Virus record (IMG/VR): IMGVR_UViG_3300034374_005377
Location: 1-27,115 of that record
DNA length: 27,115 nt
From: a virus
Lineage: Duplodnaviria; Caudoviricetes
Strand: one strand, 5' to 3'
Below the pieces are notes generated by a model. It had not been told where the DNA came from and made no database searches. It saw nothing but the letters and a program-made list of their open reading frames with translations. This document shows, piece by piece, positions 25,660-27,115 of the stretch; within the stretch, counting starts at the first letter, position 1; the number at the start of each line of letters is the position of its first letter. Both the position numbers and the translations under genes were made by a program.

Positions 25660-25771
25660 TCTGACGGGACCGATCCTGATCGGAGCGGCGTGGGTGATGA
25701 TGGGGTTGATCGCGGGATTTTTGCTGACAGCTACCGCCATCGGCGCAGTGTCATTCTGGATGTTTGGGTAA
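25649..25771 (+). CDS. Small hydrophobic membrane peptide (40 aa; not in ORF track)
   Basis: Manual translation: MGSDLTGPILIGAAWVMMGLIAGFLLTATAIGAVSFWMFG*. GGAG 7 nt upstream; overlaps the DUF3310 stop. Confidence 0.6.
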   Translation: MGSDLTGPILIGAAWVMMGLIAGFLLTATAIGAVSFWMFG

Positions 25772-25868
25772 AGGTGCGGTGGATAGCGTCTTACCGATCA
25801 CATGAGAGTTGATAGCCCCCAGTAAGAACACTTTGCCCACGCCACCGCTCGCGGTTAGGAGTTTGGGG

Positions 25869-26060
25869 CTACCTGATCCTAACACCATGCCGCTTCTTTC
25901 GTAAAGCGACAGGGCACCGAATAACTTCAATGGATGGAGAGTCTACCTCCCTTAGCAACGACACCGATAAGTTGGGCATTATCGCTACGTCCTCTCCGAA
26001 TCTCTCGGCCATTTGCATAGCCGCCTGCACTGCTATCTGGTAATCGTCTGGCTCGGCCAT
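25869..26060 (-). CDS. Hypothetical protein (63 aa)
   Basis: Protein-like composition; AAGGG upstream; last of the leftward small-gene block. Confidence 0.55.
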   Translation of the reverse strand: MAEPDDYQIAVQAAMQMAERFGEDVAIMPNLSVSLLREVDSPSIEVIRCPVALRKKRHGVRIR

Positions 26061-26211
26061 TCATGATCCCCTTGCGTCTAAGAAATCTGGAGTAAGCGCC
26101 GGCCTCAAGGTCAGCGCATTTGCCTGTCCCGCACAAATCAATTGACTCATAAATCGCAGGGCACGCGGGGGCGTGAACGCCCCCTTCCATGTCGCAATAG
26201 TCGCAGGTCAT
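25927..26211 (-). CDS. Hypothetical protein with N-terminal CxxC-H-C motif
   Basis: ATGA overlap with the upstream gene; CDYC-x6-H-x3-C. The C-terminal half overlaps 25869-26060 in another frame. Confidence 0.5.
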   Translation of the reverse strand: MTCDYCDMEGGVHAPACPAIYESIDLCGTGKCADLEAGAYSRFLRRKGIMNGRARRLPDSSAGGYANGREIRRGRSDNAQLIGVVAKGGRLSIH

Positions 26212-26594
26212 GAGAGCATCGCCAAGATGACAAGCACAAAGGTTGTGAATGACATCATCGCCCCAACCCCAGCCATCAGGGTCAGCATCGGAATCTGCTG
26301 AACCATGCGCTCCGCTTCCAGCACCCGATCCAGAATGGTATCTGGCATTTCTGGGGGCTTGGGGATCACGCTTGGCTGGTCATGAAAATTTGGGCGAGCC
26401 TCCACCTTCTTGGCGGGTGCGTTAAAGGGCAACGCTCTCTGAGTGTTCTTGCGGATGTGTGTCGCCCTCCATGCAACAGAGTCTGGAGTCCTGCCTAGCG
26501 CTCGGGCAATCGATTCTTTCTTGATCCCCTTCTCCAAGCATTCTGCCAGCACTGCATCATCGTCCTGAGACCACCGTGTAAAATGACGTTCCAT
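26208..26594 (-). CDS. Myb/SANT- or GcrA-like HTH protein with C-terminal transmembrane helix
   Basis: 'RWSQDDDAVL.....G.....IARALGRT..SV..R' and hydrophobic tail 'MLTLMAGVGAMMSFTTFVLVILAMLS'; GAGGAG RBS. Confidence 0.7.
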   Translation of the reverse strand: MERHFTRWSQDDDAVLAECLEKGIKKESIARALGRTPDSVAWRATHIRKNTQRALPFNAPAKKVEARPNFHDQPSVIPKPPEMPDTILDRVLEAERMVQQIPMLTLMAGVGAMMSFTTFVLVILAMLS

Positions 26595-26599
26595 AATGA

Positions 26600-26770
26600 T
26601 TACTCCTCACAGTTAATGTTTGGGTTGTAGGCAGGCCATAGCTTGTCCTCAACCATTTCACAGTAGTGGCGCTCGGCGGCGACTGCATCATCGTAGTCAC
26701 CGCGTCCCACCACGCCTAAAACGAGCAGGAGTGAAAGCACCCCCATCCATATAGAGATCGCGTTATCCAT
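26600..26770 (-). CDS. Small membrane-anchored phage protein (56 aa)
   Basis: Likely start MDNAIS at 26770; N-terminal TM helix, then 'DY.DA....YCEMV...WPAY....C'. Confidence 0.7.
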   Translation of the reverse strand: MDNAISIWMGVLSLLLVLGVVGRGDYDDAVAAERHYCEMVEDKLWPAYNPNINCEE

Positions 26771-27041
26771 AGTTCCAAACCTCGCTCTCGTTGATGTAGC
26801 ACCCACCGATCACGATGCCATGCTCGTTGATGATGTCGGCCTCGCCGTCTTCGATAACGGTCGAGGGATTGAACCCCCACAGCTTCGCGGCGGTACGCAT
26901 TTCGGCCTCACTTGACAGCCAGTCATCCATCGGTCTGCCGGTCAGCCACAGCGTAAAGGTCGGCTCAGGCGCGTCCTCAGCCTCTGGACAGTTGGGATGG
27001 TGCGCGTTTACGCTTAAACATTCGTTGCACATTCTGATCAT
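26763..27041 (-). CDS. Hypothetical protein with N-terminal CxxC-H-C motif
   Basis: AGGAG 8 nt upstream of ATG 27041; CNEC-x5-H-x3-C; acidic body. Confidence 0.65.
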   Translation of the reverse strand: MIRMCNECLSVNAHHPNCPEAEDAPEPTFTLWLTGRPMDDWLSSEAEMRTAAKLWGFNPSTVIEDGEADIINEHGIVIGGCYINESEVWNYG

Positions 27042-27115
27042 GTCATTCACTCCTACGTTGAGACATTGTTTATGTTACGTCCGCATGGACGGGCAGGCAA
27101 GTACTATCATGCAAT

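Noticed and set aside
25772-25868. Possible tRNA in the intergenic gap
   Set aside because: No cloverleaf, T-loop (GTTCRA) or D-loop consensus on either strand.
26167-26184. Perfect hairpin GGGGGCG-TGAA-CGCCCCC
   Set aside because: Lies within a probable coding region and has no U-tract on either side; not supportable as a terminator.

Overview
The window is a 27-kb piece of a tailed dsDNA phage genome. It is podovirus-like, with a gene set typical of uncultured aquatic or marine proteobacterial phages. Host and taxonomy cannot be fixed from the sequence, and no tRNA, rRNA, CRISPR array, integrase, DNA polymerase, capsid or terminase gene is visible. The left part (1-17912, + strand) is the end of the virion operon. 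It holds a truncated tail/head-closure protein, two small structural ORFs, three probable internal/ejection proteins, two tandem GNAT-fold genes, a 2454-aa 'large polyvalent protein' and an HTH-metallophosphoesterase. Bases 17902-22334 (- strand) form a recombination operon: PD-(D/E)XK nucleases, NinB-like, DUF1364-like, an SSB with a DDIPF tail and a Sak annealase. Bases 22387-25771 (+ strand) carry RusA, a candidate origin, a T7 gp4/Twinkle-type primase-helicase, a DUF6456-like gene and a DUF3310 gene. The right end has small leftward early-type genes. Most interesting: (1) the giant protein combines an HExxH zincin, an EndoIII/HhH-GPD-like glycosylase motif and LPD38. Directly after the glycosylase-like domain, an acidic small ORF with host-like codons is nested in the +1 frame, suggesting an injected DNA-attacking enzyme with a built-in inhibitor. 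(2) Five 15-bp quasi-palindromic iterons surround an AT core just upstream of the primase-helicase. (3) Shared [MFA]xxGG motifs bracket a variable cargo (two DUF4214-like repeats plus (TG)24) in the internal virion proteins. All family assignments come from recognising motifs by eye; no searches were run.
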